Assembly (NCBI GenBank): GCA_965217995.1
Contig: CBDCKB010000004.1
Span: 323,788-387,787, forward strand
DNA: 64,000 nucleotides
Reading direction: 5' to 3'
Origin: Rhodobacterales bacterium
Lineage (GTDB): Bacteria > Pseudomonadota > Alphaproteobacteria > Rhodobacterales > CAZPXZ01
Every line of letters starts with the position of its first letter. Positions within the stretch are counted from its first letter, which is position 1. Made by a program: the position numbers and the translations under genes. Below are positions 9,399 through 19,067 of the stretch, piece by piece. Below the pieces are notes generated by a model that worked only from the letters and a program-made list of their open reading frames with translations, searched no databases and was not told the DNA's origin.

Positions 9399-11825
9399 AT
9401 GAAGACACATGCGCAGGTAGTGGTCATCGGGGGCGGCGTGGTCGGCTGCTCGGTTCTCTACCATCTCGCCAAGAAAGGCTGCACGGACTCCCTTCTGATC
9501 GAGCGGCGGGAGCTGACCGCCGGCTCCTCCTGGCATGCCGCCGGGGGCATGCACATGCTCAACGGCGATCCGAATGTCGCCGGGCTGCAGAAATACACCA
9601 TGGATGTGATGGCCGAGATCGAGGAACTCTCGGGGCAGAGCTGCGGCGTCCACAAGACCGGCGGCGTGCTGCTGGCCGGGGACGAGAACCGCCTCGACTG
9701 GCTGCGGATGATGGCCGCCCGGGCGCGCTTCCACGGGGTCGAGCACCGCATCATCACCCCGGCCGAGGCGAAGGAACTGTTTCCGCTCGTCGACCCCTCG
9801 CATTTCGTAGGCGCCCTGCACGACACCACCACCGGCCATGTCGACCCGTCGGGAACGACCATCGCCTACGCCAAGGCCGCCCAGAAACTCGGGGCCGACA
9901 TCGTGCTCCGCAACCCGGTGGTCGATCTCCAGCCCCGCAGCGATGGCAGCTGGGATGTGGTCACCGAAGAAGGCACCGTCATCGCCGGGGCCGTGGTCAA
10001 TGCCGGCGGGCTGTGGGCGCGTGAGATCGGCCGCATGACCGGGCTGGAACTGCCGATCCTGGCCATGGAACACCACTACATCCTGACCGACACCATGCCG
10101 GAGGTTGTCGAACACACCGAAAAAACCGGCCGGGAGCTGCTCCACGCGACCGATTTCAGCGGCAACCTCTATCTGCGCCAGGAGCGCGACGGAATGCTGC
10201 TCGGCACCTACGAACAGGCCTGCGTGCCCTGGTCGCCGCAGGAGACCCCGGCGGATTTCGGCCCCGAACTGCTGCCCCCCGATATGGAACGCATCGCCCC
10301 CTCGCTCGAGGTCGGCTTCGAGCACTTCCCGGCCTTCGCCGGGGCCGGCATCCGGGAGGCGATCAACGGCCCCTTCACCTTTGCCCCGGACGGCAACCCG
10401 CTGATCGGGCCGGTGCGGGGGTTGCGCAATTACTGGTGCGCGGTCGGGGTGATGGCCGGGTTCTCGCAGGGCGGCGGGGTCGGCTTCGCACTCGCCAACT
10501 GGATGCTTGATGGAGATCCGGGCGCCGATATCTGGGGCATGGATATCGCCCGCTACGGCGACTGGACGACCATGGCCTACACCAACGCCAAGGTCCGGGA
10601 GAATTATTCGCGGCGCTTCCAGATCCGCTTCCCGAACGAGGAACTGCCCGCCGCCCGCATGCTGAGAACCAGCCCGCTCCACGACCGGCTGGAAGCGGCC
10701 GGGGCGGTCATGGGGGTCTCGGCCGGCATGGAGACCGCGCTGTGGTATGCGCCCGAGGGGGTGGAGGATGTCCTCTCCTTCCACCGTTCGACGGATTTCG
10801 AGCATGTCGGCGCGGAATGCCGGGCCGTGCGGGAATCGGTCGGCCTCGCGGACATCTCGATGTTCGCCAAATACGAGGTCACCGGCGAGGGCGCGCGCGG
10901 CTGGCTCGACCGGATGCTGGCCGGCCGCCTGCCGGAGCCCGGCCGGATGGCCCTGACGCCGATGCTCGACCGGCGCGGCAAGCTGATCGGCGACTTCACC
11001 ACCGCCAATCTCGGCGGCGAGCGGTATTTCCTGGTCGGATCGGGTGCCGCCGAGGAATACCACATGCGCTGGTTCACCGACCATGTGCCGCAGCAGGAAG
11101 ACGCGCAGATCACCTCCCTCGGCCTCGGCCTCACCGGGCTCTCCATTGCCGGGCCGAAGTCACGCGCCGTGCTGGAGGCGCTGGTCACCGAGGATGTTTC
11201 CTCCAAGGCCTTCCGCTTCTTCGATATCCGCGAGATGGCGGTGGGGACCGCACCCTGCCGCGTCGGCCGGGTCAGTTTCACCGGCGATCTCGGCTTCGAG
11301 ATCTGGTGCCAGGCCGAGTTCCACCGCAACCTCCACCTCCAATTGCTCGAGGCCGGCGCGGAGCAGGACATCCAGCACTATGGTCTGCGGGCACTCAACG
11401 CGCTCCGGCTCGAGAAGGGTTTTGGCTCCTGGGCGACCGAATACCGGCCGCTCTACGGGCCCGTCGAAGCCGGACTCGACCGCTTCGTCGCCTACGACAA
11501 GAACGCCGATTTCATCGGCCGCGAAGGAGCCCTGGCCGAGCGCGAAAACGGCGGAAGCCAGCGGCTGAAGCTGTTTGTCATCGATGCCGCCAATACCGAC
11601 GTGCTCGGCGACGAGCCGATCTGGCGAGACGGGAAGGTGTGCGGGCGGGTGACCTCCGGCGGCTACGCCCATGCCTCCGGAAAATCCGTGGCGCTTGGAT
11701 ACATTCCGAAGGAACTCGCGGATCAGGAAGAGGGCTGGCAGATCGAGATTCTCGACGATCTGCGCCCGGCCAGCATCCAGCAGAAGCCGCTCTTCGACCC
11801 GAAAAGCGAGCGCATGCTCGGCTGA
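9399..11825 (+). CDS. FAD-dependent dimethylglycine/sarcosine dehydrogenase-like oxidoreductase with a C-terminal GcvT-type aminomethyltransferase domain
   Basis: It has a dinucleotide-binding N-terminus (VVVIGGGVVGCSVLYHLAK) and SSWHAAGG. At about 800 aa its length fits a DAO+GCV_T architecture. An RBS aaaggagag lies upstream. Confidence 0.85.
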   Translation: MKTHAQVVVIGGGVVGCSVLYHLAKKGCTDSLLIERRELTAGSSWHAAGGMHMLNGDPNVAGLQKYTMDVMAEIEELSGQSCGVHKTGGVLLAGDENRLDWLRMMAARARFHGVEHRIITPAEAKELFPLVDPSHFVGALHDTTTGHVDPSGTTIAYAKAAQKLGADIVLRNPVVDLQPRSDGSWDVVTEEGTVIAGAVVNAGGLWAREIGRMTGLELPILAMEHHYILTDTMPEVVEHTEKTGRELLHATDFSGNLYLRQERDGMLLGTYEQACVPWSPQETPADFGPELLPPDMERIAPSLEVGFEHFPAFAGAGIREAINGPFTFAPDGNPLIGPVRGLRNYWCAVGVMAGFSQGGGVGFALANWMLDGDPGADIWGMDIARYGDWTTMAYTNAKVRENYSRRFQIRFPNEELPAARMLRTSPLHDRLEAAGAVMGVSAGMETALWYAPEGVEDVLSFHRSTDFEHVGAECRAVRESVGLADISMFAKYEVTGEGARGWLDRMLAGRLPEPGRMALTPMLDRRGKLIGDFTTANLGGERYFLVGSGAAEEYHMRWFTDHVPQQEDAQITSLGLGLTGLSIAGPKSRAVLEALVTEDVSSKAFRFFDIREMAVGTAPCRVGRVSFTGDLGFEIWCQAEFHRNLHLQLLEAGAEQDIQHYGLRALNALRLEKGFGSWATEYRPLYGPVEAGLDRFVAYDKNADFIGREGALAERENGGSQRLKLFVIDAANTDVLGDEPIWRDGKVCGRVTSGGYAHASGKSVALGYIPKELADQEEGWQIEILDDLRPASIQQKPLFDPKSERMLG

Positions 11826-12018
11826 CGGGCGAACCGCTCCCCAGCCTGCCCGCCCAGACACCCATGTCCTGCCATCCCCGCACCGGGAGCGCGGCCGCAC
11901 GCGCCTGCGGAACGACCGGGTTTTCTGCCGGAACCCGCCGCAAAGACAGACCCGCCCGGAGTCACCCCCCTTCGGAAGCGGAGACACCGACGCGTCCGGA
12001 GATTGGATCCAGGACCAC

Positions 12019-14325
12019 ATGAAATTCGGAATCGGTCAGAGCGTGCGGCGCTTCGAGGACCCGCGTCTGCTCCGCGGCGAAGGAGCCTATCTCGACGATG
12101 CGAAGATTGGCGGTGCCTTGCGGGCTGTCTTCCTGCGCTCGCCCGTCGCGCATGCGCGGATCCGCGGGATTGACGCCGAAGCCGCACGGACGGCACCGGG
12201 GGTCGCGGCGGTGATTCTGGGGGCGGAGCTTGACGAGGCCGGAGTCAATGACCTCGGCGCGATGACCGTCCCCGACCGCAACGGCACACCCGGCTCTCGT
12301 CCCCCGCACCCGGTCATCGCCAGCGACCGGGTCCGCTATGTCGGCGACCCCGTCGCCCTGGTGCTGGCCGAATCCCTCGCCGAAGCCCGGGACGCCGCCG
12401 AGCGGATCGAGGTCGATTACGAGGAACTGCCGGCCATCGCCGACACCGCCCGGGCGGAACAGGGCCCGGTGCTGCATGACGAGATGCCGGGAAACCTCGC
12501 CTTCCACTGGGTTCTCGGCGACGAGAACGCCGTCGGGAAGCAGCTCGCAACGGCCGCGCACCGGGTCGAGCTGGAACTCATCAACAACCGCGTCGCCGCC
12601 TGCGCGCTCGAGCCGCGCTCCGCCATCGGAGAGTGGGACGCAGCGGCGGGAAAACTGCATCTCGAGGTCGGCACCCAGAATGCCTGGCGCGTGCAGGCGG
12701 AGCTGGCCGAGCGTTTTGGCCTGGCCGCGGAGCAGGTGCGCATCACCACCGGCGATGTCGGCGGCGGCTTCGGCTCCAAGGCCATGGCCCATCCGGAATA
12801 CACCGCGATCGCCTTCGCCGCCCGCCGGACCGGACGCCCGGTGCGCTGGGTCTCGGACCGGTCGGAAGCCTTCCTGTCGGATGTGATGGGGCGCGATCAT
12901 GTCACCCGGGCCGTGGCCGGTTTCGACGCCGAACTCCGCCTGCTCGCGCTCCGCGTCGACAACATCGCGGCGATGGGGGCCTATCTCTCCCCGCTGGGTG
13001 CCAGCATCCCCTCGGTGCTCATGGCCAAGATCCTGCCCGGGGCCTACGATTTCGAGCATCTGTTCTTCTCGGTCCGGGGGGTCTACACCAACACCCCGCC
13101 CGTCGATGCCTATCGCGGGGCCGGCCGACCGGAGGGGATCTACGTCATCGAACGCGTCATGGATCTCGCCGCACGGCAACTGGGCACCGATCCGTTCACA
13201 CTCCGCGAACGCAATTTCATCCCCCCGGACCGGTTTCCATATCGTTCCGCCTCCGGTGAGGTGATCGATATCGGCAATTTCCCGCAGGTGCTGGCACGGG
13301 CCCGGAAAGAAGCCGACACCGACGGCTTCCCGGCCCGGAGGGAGGAATCCGCCCGCCGCGGGCGGCTGCGCGGACTCGGCGTCAGCTACTACACAGAGAT
13401 CATCCTCGGCGCGATGGACGAGCGCGCGGTGCTGATGCCCGCCGGTGGCGGCATGTGGGAGCTGCGGGTGGGCACCCAGGCCCAGGGCCAGGGGCACGAG
13501 ACCGCCTACCGGCAGATCCTGCACGGGCAGACCGGGTTGCCGCCGGACCGGATCCGCATCGTGCACGGCGATACCGATCTCATCCCCAAAGGCGGTGGCA
13601 CCGGCGGGTCGCGGTCGGTGACGGCCCAGGGAACCGCCATCCGTGCCGCCGGCGACCGCCTGATCGAGCGGTTGCGGGAGGATGCCGGGGACGCCCTTGA
13701 GGCCGGAACCGCGGACATCGAATTCGAAGCCGGCAGCTTCCGGATTGTCGGCACCGACCGCGCCATCGATCTCCCGTCGCTCGCCGATACAGTTCTCGCC
13801 CGCGGGGATGGAGAAAAGCTGAAGGTGGACGCGCACACCACCCTTCCGGGACGCTCCTTCCCGAATGGCTGCCATGTCTGCGAGATCGAGATCGACCCCG
13901 AAACCGGAGCGGCGGCCGTACTCCGCTACACGGCGGTCGATGATTTCGGCGTGCTCATCAACCCGATGCTTGTCGAAGGCCAAGTCCAGGGCGGGGTCGC
14001 GCAGGGCATCGGCCAGGCCATCCTCGAACACGCCACCTATGACGATGCCGGGCAGCCGCAGGCGGGATCCTTCATGGACTACGCGCTGCCACGCGCAACC
14101 GACATTCCGCCGGTGGCCTTCCACAGCGAGCCACTGCCCTCGACCGCCAACCAAATCGGCATGAAAGGCTGCGGAGAGGCTGGCACTGTGGGCGCCCTGC
14201 CCTCTGTTGCCAACGCTGCGCTCGACGCACTCTGGCCGTTAGGGGTCCGCCGGGTTGACATGCCGCTGACTCCAGCCCGGATCTGGGGCTGGATTGAGGG
14301 TGCCCGAAAACGGGGTACGGATTAG
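12019..14325 (+). CDS. Xanthine dehydrogenase-family molybdopterin-binding subunit (second, orphan CoxL-like)
   Basis: ATG at 12019 (MKFGIGQSVRRFEDPRLLRGEGAYLDD). GGGFG and the C-terminal GCGEAGTVGA motif are present. No adjacent small or medium subunit genes. Confidence 0.85.
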   Translation: MKFGIGQSVRRFEDPRLLRGEGAYLDDAKIGGALRAVFLRSPVAHARIRGIDAEAARTAPGVAAVILGAELDEAGVNDLGAMTVPDRNGTPGSRPPHPVIASDRVRYVGDPVALVLAESLAEARDAAERIEVDYEELPAIADTARAEQGPVLHDEMPGNLAFHWVLGDENAVGKQLATAAHRVELELINNRVAACALEPRSAIGEWDAAAGKLHLEVGTQNAWRVQAELAERFGLAAEQVRITTGDVGGGFGSKAMAHPEYTAIAFAARRTGRPVRWVSDRSEAFLSDVMGRDHVTRAVAGFDAELRLLALRVDNIAAMGAYLSPLGASIPSVLMAKILPGAYDFEHLFFSVRGVYTNTPPVDAYRGAGRPEGIYVIERVMDLAARQLGTDPFTLRERNFIPPDRFPYRSASGEVIDIGNFPQVLARARKEADTDGFPARREESARRGRLRGLGVSYYTEIILGAMDERAVLMPAGGGMWELRVGTQAQGQGHETAYRQILHGQTGLPPDRIRIVHGDTDLIPKGGGTGGSRSVTAQGTAIRAAGDRLIERLREDAGDALEAGTADIEFEAGSFRIVGTDRAIDLPSLADTVLARGDGEKLKVDAHTTLPGRSFPNGCHVCEIEIDPETGAAAVLRYTAVDDFGVLINPMLVEGQVQGGVAQGIGQAILEHATYDDAGQPQAGSFMDYALPRATDIPPVAFHSEPLPSTANQIGMKGCGEAGTVGALPSVANAALDALWPLGVRRVDMPLTPARIWGWIEGARKRGTD

Positions 14326-14359
14326 CTGCCGGCAAAATCTCCTGTTCGCAGACCACTCT
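14276..14359. repeat. Left copy of an approximately 84-bp direct repeat (coxL 3' end plus downstream spacer)
   Basis: cccggatctggggctggattgagggtgcccgaaaacggggtacggattagctgccggcaaaatctcctgttcgcagaccactc recurs at 15180-15263 with about 7 mismatches. Confidence 0.85.
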
Positions 14360-14423
14360 ATCCCGCACAGGCGACAGACAGGCAGTTGCGGTTCCTCTCT
14401 CGAAACGCTCCGAACCGTAGAAG

Positions 14424-14714
14424 ATGGGCGGATGCAAAAAGGGCGATGATGTCGAGATGCTGATGAAGATCACCGTACCGAAGGGAACCCCGATAGTCGT
14501 TCATAATGCCGAGGAAATGGAACTACTGCTGAAGCAAGGCTTCCGATGGCGGATCGACCGGATCGATCCCGATGTTCGGCTACACGAGTATGACAAGGAG
14601 CAGGGGATAGTTTGTAAGGTCATCCAGGCACGGTCCTTCTGGGAAAGAGCAAGTAAAACCTGCCCCAGAAAAGATTGGGATTCTACGATGACATTGAGCA
14701 TAATCACGCCATGA
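14424..14714 (+). CDS. Hypothetical small protein (possibly a gene remnant) inside the repeat-flanked insertion
   Basis: 96-aa ORF in a visibly lower-GC segment, with an in-frame stop immediately upstream of the ATG. I recognised no family. Confidence 0.3.
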   Translation: MGGCKKGDDVEMLMKITVPKGTPIVVHNAEEMELLLKQGFRWRIDRIDPDVRLHEYDKEQGIVCKVIQARSFWERASKTCPRKDWDSTMTLSIITP

Positions 14715-15109
14715 TGGCGGACCTCCCGAACTTCCCTCGTGCACCCGGCGATACCCGCACAGACGAAGAACGAGCGGCCGTCGCCGAGCGATTCTCGTAT
14801 GATCCTTCCAGGGGATTGGTAGCCTTCAATCCCGATGGCTCGTTCGACTGGCCGAGTGGCTGGTCTCTCGACCGGAAAGTTCGCGCAATCGATCTCTCTC
14901 GTCGCGGTGGCGACCCGAACGAGCCAGCCGCACCACTTGGGGAGGGCGATCTCGTCGATAGAATGGTCGAGAAGCTTCGAGCAGAATTCGGCAACCGGAT
15001 TGATGCAGAGATCGAAGCCATGAAACGAAAGAACGATGCGGAGATCGAAGACTTTCTCGAGTGGGAAACCAACGAAATGGAGATGCTCGAGACAAAAATT
15101 ACTTCTTAA
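14675..15109 (+). CDS. Hypothetical protein with an acidic helical C-terminus
   Basis: 144-aa ORF in the same lower-GC insertion. An alternative start is MMADLP at 14711. No recognisable domain. Confidence 0.35.
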   Translation: MGFYDDIEHNHAMMADLPNFPRAPGDTRTDEERAAVAERFSYDPSRGLVAFNPDGSFDWPSGWSLDRKVRAIDLSRRGGDPNEPAAPLGEGDLVDRMVEKLRAEFGNRIDAEIEAMKRKNDAEIEDFLEWETNEMEMLETKITS

Positions 15110-15179
15110 TCACCTCGTTCGTTGGGATCTCGCTCGCCGTGGCTACGTGTGAACTGCAGATAGGTTGTTGTCCATTCGG

Positions 15180-15263
15180 CCCGGATCTGGGGCTGGATTG
15201 AGGATGCCCGCAAACGGGGTGCGGATTAGCTGTCGGCGAAATCTCCTATTCGCAGACCACTCC
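15180..15263. repeat. Right copy of the approximately 84-bp direct repeat
   Basis: See 14276-14359. This copy contains the genuine stop and 3' end of the convergent Excalibur-domain gene. Confidence 0.85.
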
Positions 15264-16037
15264 ATCGCCATCGCCATCCCGCATGAACCGATAGGCCGGA
15301 TGGCTGCGCGATACAGGCGCAATGCCATGGTGCCTCGCTTCACGACAGGTAATCCGGCCATTGCCGTCATCGTCCCAGAGGCCGAGAGCACCACCGGCTT
15401 CGGATCCTGCGGGTGCTGCAGGCGCAGTGGGAACCGGGGCTGCCCCAGCCTGAAAGACCATCTCGGTGGAATCGCACCCCGAAAGCACGTGCTCCAAGGC
15501 ATCAGCCTCGCGACGATCAACGGTCAGGCGGTAGTGGCGGCGCACTTCGACACTCCGGGCGGCGAACCAGCAGCGGTTGATTGTCGGCATCCATTCGGCG
15601 GCATCCTTGCCGCATTTGCCCGACCGGCCACAGCGGTTCACCTGCGGGCTGGCCAGGGTGATGTTGAGCAGGTCGCCGGCAAACTGGCGCCGGGTTGATA
15701 CGGAGGCAGCACAGAGCCCGCTGTCATGGGCTTCGGAGCGGGCGACAATGTGCTCGATATCAGTCTGGCGCGGGCTGGCAAAACTGCTCCCGGTATAAGG
15801 GCCGTAGATCCTGCCACCCATGGCCGCCACGGCCCGCGTCTCAAGCGACTGCGAATAGCGGTAGTCCCGGCTGCTATAGGGCGAGCAGCGATACTCGGGA
15901 GCGACGACGAGGCCCCGCCATTCCTCGGCGGCAGCCGACGAAAGGCCTCCGGAAAACGTAAGAATCACGCAGATCAAAACGAACCGGGCCCCGAGCCGGG
16001 CCGTTCGTTCAATCAGGTGGGTCTTGCTGGTTTCCAT
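15246..16037 (-). CDS. Secreted DUF1524/HNH-like nuclease-domain protein with a C-terminal Excalibur calcium-binding motif
   Basis: ATG at 16037 (METSKTH...) is followed by a hydrophobic signal-like segment. TDIEHIVARSEAHDSGLC resembles the DUF1524 (GmrSD C-terminal) His-Me motif. The C-terminal DGDGDGVVCE matches the Excalibur DxDxDGxxCE motif. Confidence 0.65.
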   Translation of the reverse strand: METSKTHLIERTARLGARFVLICVILTFSGGLSSAAAEEWRGLVVAPEYRCSPYSSRDYRYSQSLETRAVAAMGGRIYGPYTGSSFASPRQTDIEHIVARSEAHDSGLCAASVSTRRQFAGDLLNITLASPQVNRCGRSGKCGKDAAEWMPTINRCWFAARSVEVRRHYRLTVDRREADALEHVLSGCDSTEMVFQAGAAPVPTAPAAPAGSEAGGALGLWDDDGNGRITCREARHHGIAPVSRSHPAYRFMRDGDGDGVVCE

Positions 16038-16226
16038 ACCGAATCCTGCCACGGTTACAGTCTGCAAATTTCACGGGCCGCATCTGGGAGGATTTCTGCA
16101 CATCAGCCTCCACCGGACAGTCCCAACCATCAAATATTCTTTCTACAAATACACTATTCGGGGCAACAGCACGGCAAGGTCACCCGATAATTGCCAAAAT
16201 CTGGCACCCACAAAACCCGAAACGAT

Positions 16227-17258
16227 CTAGCAAAACCGGAGTCGCTGTCCGATCCCGAGGCGGGCCGCCTTCCCGAGCATCGCATGGCCGAGGGCGATGT
16301 CGGAGAGCGACATGCCGCGGTGCCAGAACAGGATCGTCTCTTCCTCGCGCTCGCGGCCAGACTTGCGACCGGCGGCGATCTCGCCAAGCTCCGCATGCAG
16401 GGTCTCCTCGCTGAGCCGACCCGAATCGACATGGGCGCGGAGTGCCCCGAGACTTCCGGCCCGCGCCTGCCCCCAGTCATCGACCACGATCTTGTCCATG
16501 ATGTCGGTGAGGTCGTCCTCCAGCGCGCTCTTGGTCCCATAGGGGATCACCAGCGCCCCTTTCCGGATCCAGGCGGTCTTCAGAAGCGGCTCCGGCCGGG
16601 CGAGACGCGACGCCTCGACCACGATATCGGCACCCTCCACACAGCTCCGCCAGTCCTCCGTCACCGCAACCGGTTTGCCGAGATCGGCTTCAAGGCGGGC
16701 GGCAAATGCCTCCCGGCTCTCCGCACGACGGGAATGCACGCGAATCTCCTCAAAACCGAACAGCCCGTCGAGGAGACGGACATTCCAGTAGCTTGAGCCG
16801 CGTGCGCCGATATGGCCGAGAATTTTTGCCCCCCGCGGTGCCAGATACCGGGCCCCGAGTGCGGTCACCGCGCCGGTGCGCATATCGGTGATGCCGGAAG
16901 CGTCGAGCACCGCCCGGGGAGCGCCCGTGCGCGGGTCGAACAGGGCCAGCAGACCGTATTCCGACGGCCGGTTCTCCCGGTAATTGTCGTAGAAATCGCC
17001 GACCACCTTTACACCGGCCTGGGCCACATCACCACCGAGCCAGCCACGCAGCACGTTGAAATGGCCCTCAACCCCGGCCTCCGGATGCAGATGCGTGCGT
17101 TCCCCGATGACGCTCCGGCCCTCGCCCTGCATGACCAGTGCTTCGCCGACCGCATCAAGGATTTCGCTGTCGGTCAGTGCCAGTTTTTCGATATCGGACC
17201 GGTTCAGAAAATCGATATGGACCGCCGGCCGCTCCGGGCGTGGTTTTTCTGTCTCCAT
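16227..17258 (-). CDS. Ornithine cyclodeaminase/mu-crystallin family protein
   Basis: 343 aa with a Rossmann segment ILGHIGARGSSYW. Overall layout is typical of the OCD family. ATG at 17258. Confidence 0.8.
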   Translation of the reverse strand: METEKPRPERPAVHIDFLNRSDIEKLALTDSEILDAVGEALVMQGEGRSVIGERTHLHPEAGVEGHFNVLRGWLGGDVAQAGVKVVGDFYDNYRENRPSEYGLLALFDPRTGAPRAVLDASGITDMRTGAVTALGARYLAPRGAKILGHIGARGSSYWNVRLLDGLFGFEEIRVHSRRAESREAFAARLEADLGKPVAVTEDWRSCVEGADIVVEASRLARPEPLLKTAWIRKGALVIPYGTKSALEDDLTDIMDKIVVDDWGQARAGSLGALRAHVDSGRLSEETLHAELGEIAAGRKSGREREEETILFWHRGMSLSDIALGHAMLGKAARLGIGQRLRFC

Positions 17259-17283
17259 CCTGTCGCTCCCGGACTCGACCCGT

Positions 17284-18225
17284 CTAGACGGTAGCCGTGT
17301 CGATCAGGCCCTGGCCGGCGAGCGTCTGGAATGCCTCGATGGTGATCCGCACGCCTTCGCCCAGGGGCACATGCGGCCAGTCACCGACCCGTGCCCGCAG
17401 GGAAGTGTCGTCCTGGTCGAGCGGAAATACCACCGTCTGGTCGCCGATCCCGATTTCGGCATCGGGCAGGACAGCGCGGATCGCTTCTGCGATTTCGTCT
17501 GACGTGGCCCTGGATCCTGCAAGATCATGCACATGGGCGCCGTCGAAACCGGCTCCGGCACAGGCGATAAAGGCATCCGCCACTTCGTGCACATGCTGCA
17601 TCATGAATGTGCTGTTGAGGGAGATGGTGCAGGGCCTGCCCAAGGCCGCATCGCGCATCGCGGCCGTCGGAGCGGAGGTCAGACCCTGGTCGCGGCCGGG
17701 TCCATAGACCGTGTGCGGACGCACGCCGATACTCGCCACCCCCCAATCCTGCCAGTAGATCCGTGCCACACCCTCATCGGCATATTTGAAGATGCCGTAG
17801 AGCGTATCGGGACCGGGACGCCCCGGGACTGCCTGGGCCGCGGCCGAACTCGCATAGATCACGCGGCCGATGCCCGCCTGGCGGGCCGCTTCCAGCACAT
17901 GCACATGGCCGACGACATTGACCCGTGCTCCGGCGGAAGGATCAGCGGCACAGAACGGTATCTGCAAAGCCGCCAGATGGATGATTCCGCCGATGCCGCA
18001 ACGCCCGACAATCTCCGCCACCGATGCCGGCTCCGTGATATCGGCGATCTCCCAGGGAACCGCCCCAGCGGCTTCCGCTCCCGCCGCCAGAACCAGCCGC
18101 CGGCGGTCCGGCGTGCGGTCCAGCGCAACCACCGCCTGCCCGCGCGCCATCAGGCGCGCGACCACCCAGGCACCGATACATCCCCCGGCTCCGGTCACGA
18201 GAATCGGTTGCTGCGAATCGACCAT
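17284..18225 (-). CDS. NAD-dependent epimerase/dehydratase family protein
   Basis: ATG at 18225 (MVDSQQPILVTGAGGCIGAWVVARL) carries the GxxGxxG motif. A YxxxK-type region follows (YGIFKYADE). Confidence 0.8.
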   Translation of the reverse strand: MVDSQQPILVTGAGGCIGAWVVARLMARGQAVVALDRTPDRRRLVLAAGAEAAGAVPWEIADITEPASVAEIVGRCGIGGIIHLAALQIPFCAADPSAGARVNVVGHVHVLEAARQAGIGRVIYASSAAAQAVPGRPGPDTLYGIFKYADEGVARIYWQDWGVASIGVRPHTVYGPGRDQGLTSAPTAAMRDAALGRPCTISLNSTFMMQHVHEVADAFIACAGAGFDGAHVHDLAGSRATSDEIAEAIRAVLPDAEIGIGDQTVVFPLDQDDTSLRARVGDWPHVPLGEGVRITIEAFQTLAGQGLIDTATV

Positions 18226-18284
18226 GATTTTCTCCCCCGGCAATGGCGGAGAAGCCTCCACCACCATGTAAACCGAATCGCTTC

Positions 18285-19067
18285 TTAAGCGTGATCCAGC
18301 CTGTCGAGAAGTGCCGGGAGGTCGGCCACGGTGTCGATCACATGACCGACACCGGCCATCCGCAACCGGTCCGCCGCTCCGGCACGCAATGCTTCGACTT
18401 CGCCCGCCGACATCGCCGCCAGCTCCTCGACCGTCCGGCCGACATAATTGCCGGAGAGTGCAACCCCAACGGTGACGCAACCGACGGCCACACCCTCGCC
18501 GATTCCGGGTGCCGTGTCATCCACCTTGATCACCGCTGAGGGATCATCCACACCCAGCTCCTGGAAACACCGCTGCATCGCGGCCGGATTGGGCCGCGCC
18601 CGGGGAACGTCATCCGCACAGACTAGGCAGTCGGGTTCAAGACCCTGGGCAGCGGCGGCCGGAAGGACGCGCTCCATCACCGCGCGCGGATAGCCCGTGG
18701 TGGAGCCGATTTTGAGGCCCCGGGTGCGTAATTCCGTCACCATCTCCGCCGTCCCGGGGACCAGGCACGCCGCCTCCGCCGCGGCCTCCGCGCTCAGAGG
18801 AATGAAAATCTGCAGGATCTCGTCGATTTCGGCATCGCCCGCCTCCGCGCCATGCGCAGCACTCCACTGCCCGGCGATCCGGGGCATCTGCAGTATGGCC
18901 CGGATATGGTCCCGCTTGCCCAGTCCCATAGGTGCCCGCGCTTCCTCGATCGTGACCTCGACACCCGATGCGGCAAAAGCCTTTACAAACGCAACGGTCG
19001 GCGCGAAAGATCCGAAATCCACAAGGGTGCCCGCCCAGTCGAACACCACCATCCTGAATTTGCTCAT
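18285..19067 (-). CDS. phnX: Phosphonoacetaldehyde hydrolase (HAD superfamily)
   Basis: VVFDWAGTLVDFGSFAPTVAFVKAF...EEARAPMGLGKRDHIRAILQMPRIAGQW closely follows the PhnX N-terminal signature. Confidence 0.85.
   Translation of the reverse strand: MSKFRMVVFDWAGTLVDFGSFAPTVAFVKAFAASGVEVTIEEARAPMGLGKRDHIRAILQMPRIAGQWSAAHGAEAGDAEIDEILQIFIPLSAEAAAEAACLVPGTAEMVTELRTRGLKIGSTTGYPRAVMERVLPAAAAQGLEPDCLVCADDVPRARPNPAAMQRCFQELGVDDPSAVIKVDDTAPGIGEGVAVGCVTVGVALSGNYVGRTVEELAAMSAGEVEALRAGAADRLRMAGVGHVIDTVADLPALLDRLDHA

Noticed and set aside
7581-11084. Upstream two-thirds of the 1751-aa minus-strand track ORF (5829..11084)
   Set aside because: Only 5829-7580 has recognisable domains (NERD plus helicase). 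The remainder is antisense to the well-supported mttB-like and DMGDH-like genes and has the Arg/Gly/Ala/Pro-rich composition typical of spurious ORFs in high-GC DNA.
11962-14154. 730-aa minus-strand ORF
   Set aside because: It is antisense to the second CoxL-like gene and shows the high-GC artefact composition.
14424-14714. ADP-ribosyltransferase toxin fragment call for the 96-aa ORF
   Set aside because: The resemblance is limited to one short E-x-E/hydrophobic strand pattern. There is no Arg or STS motif region. It is kept only as a remark, not as an annotation.
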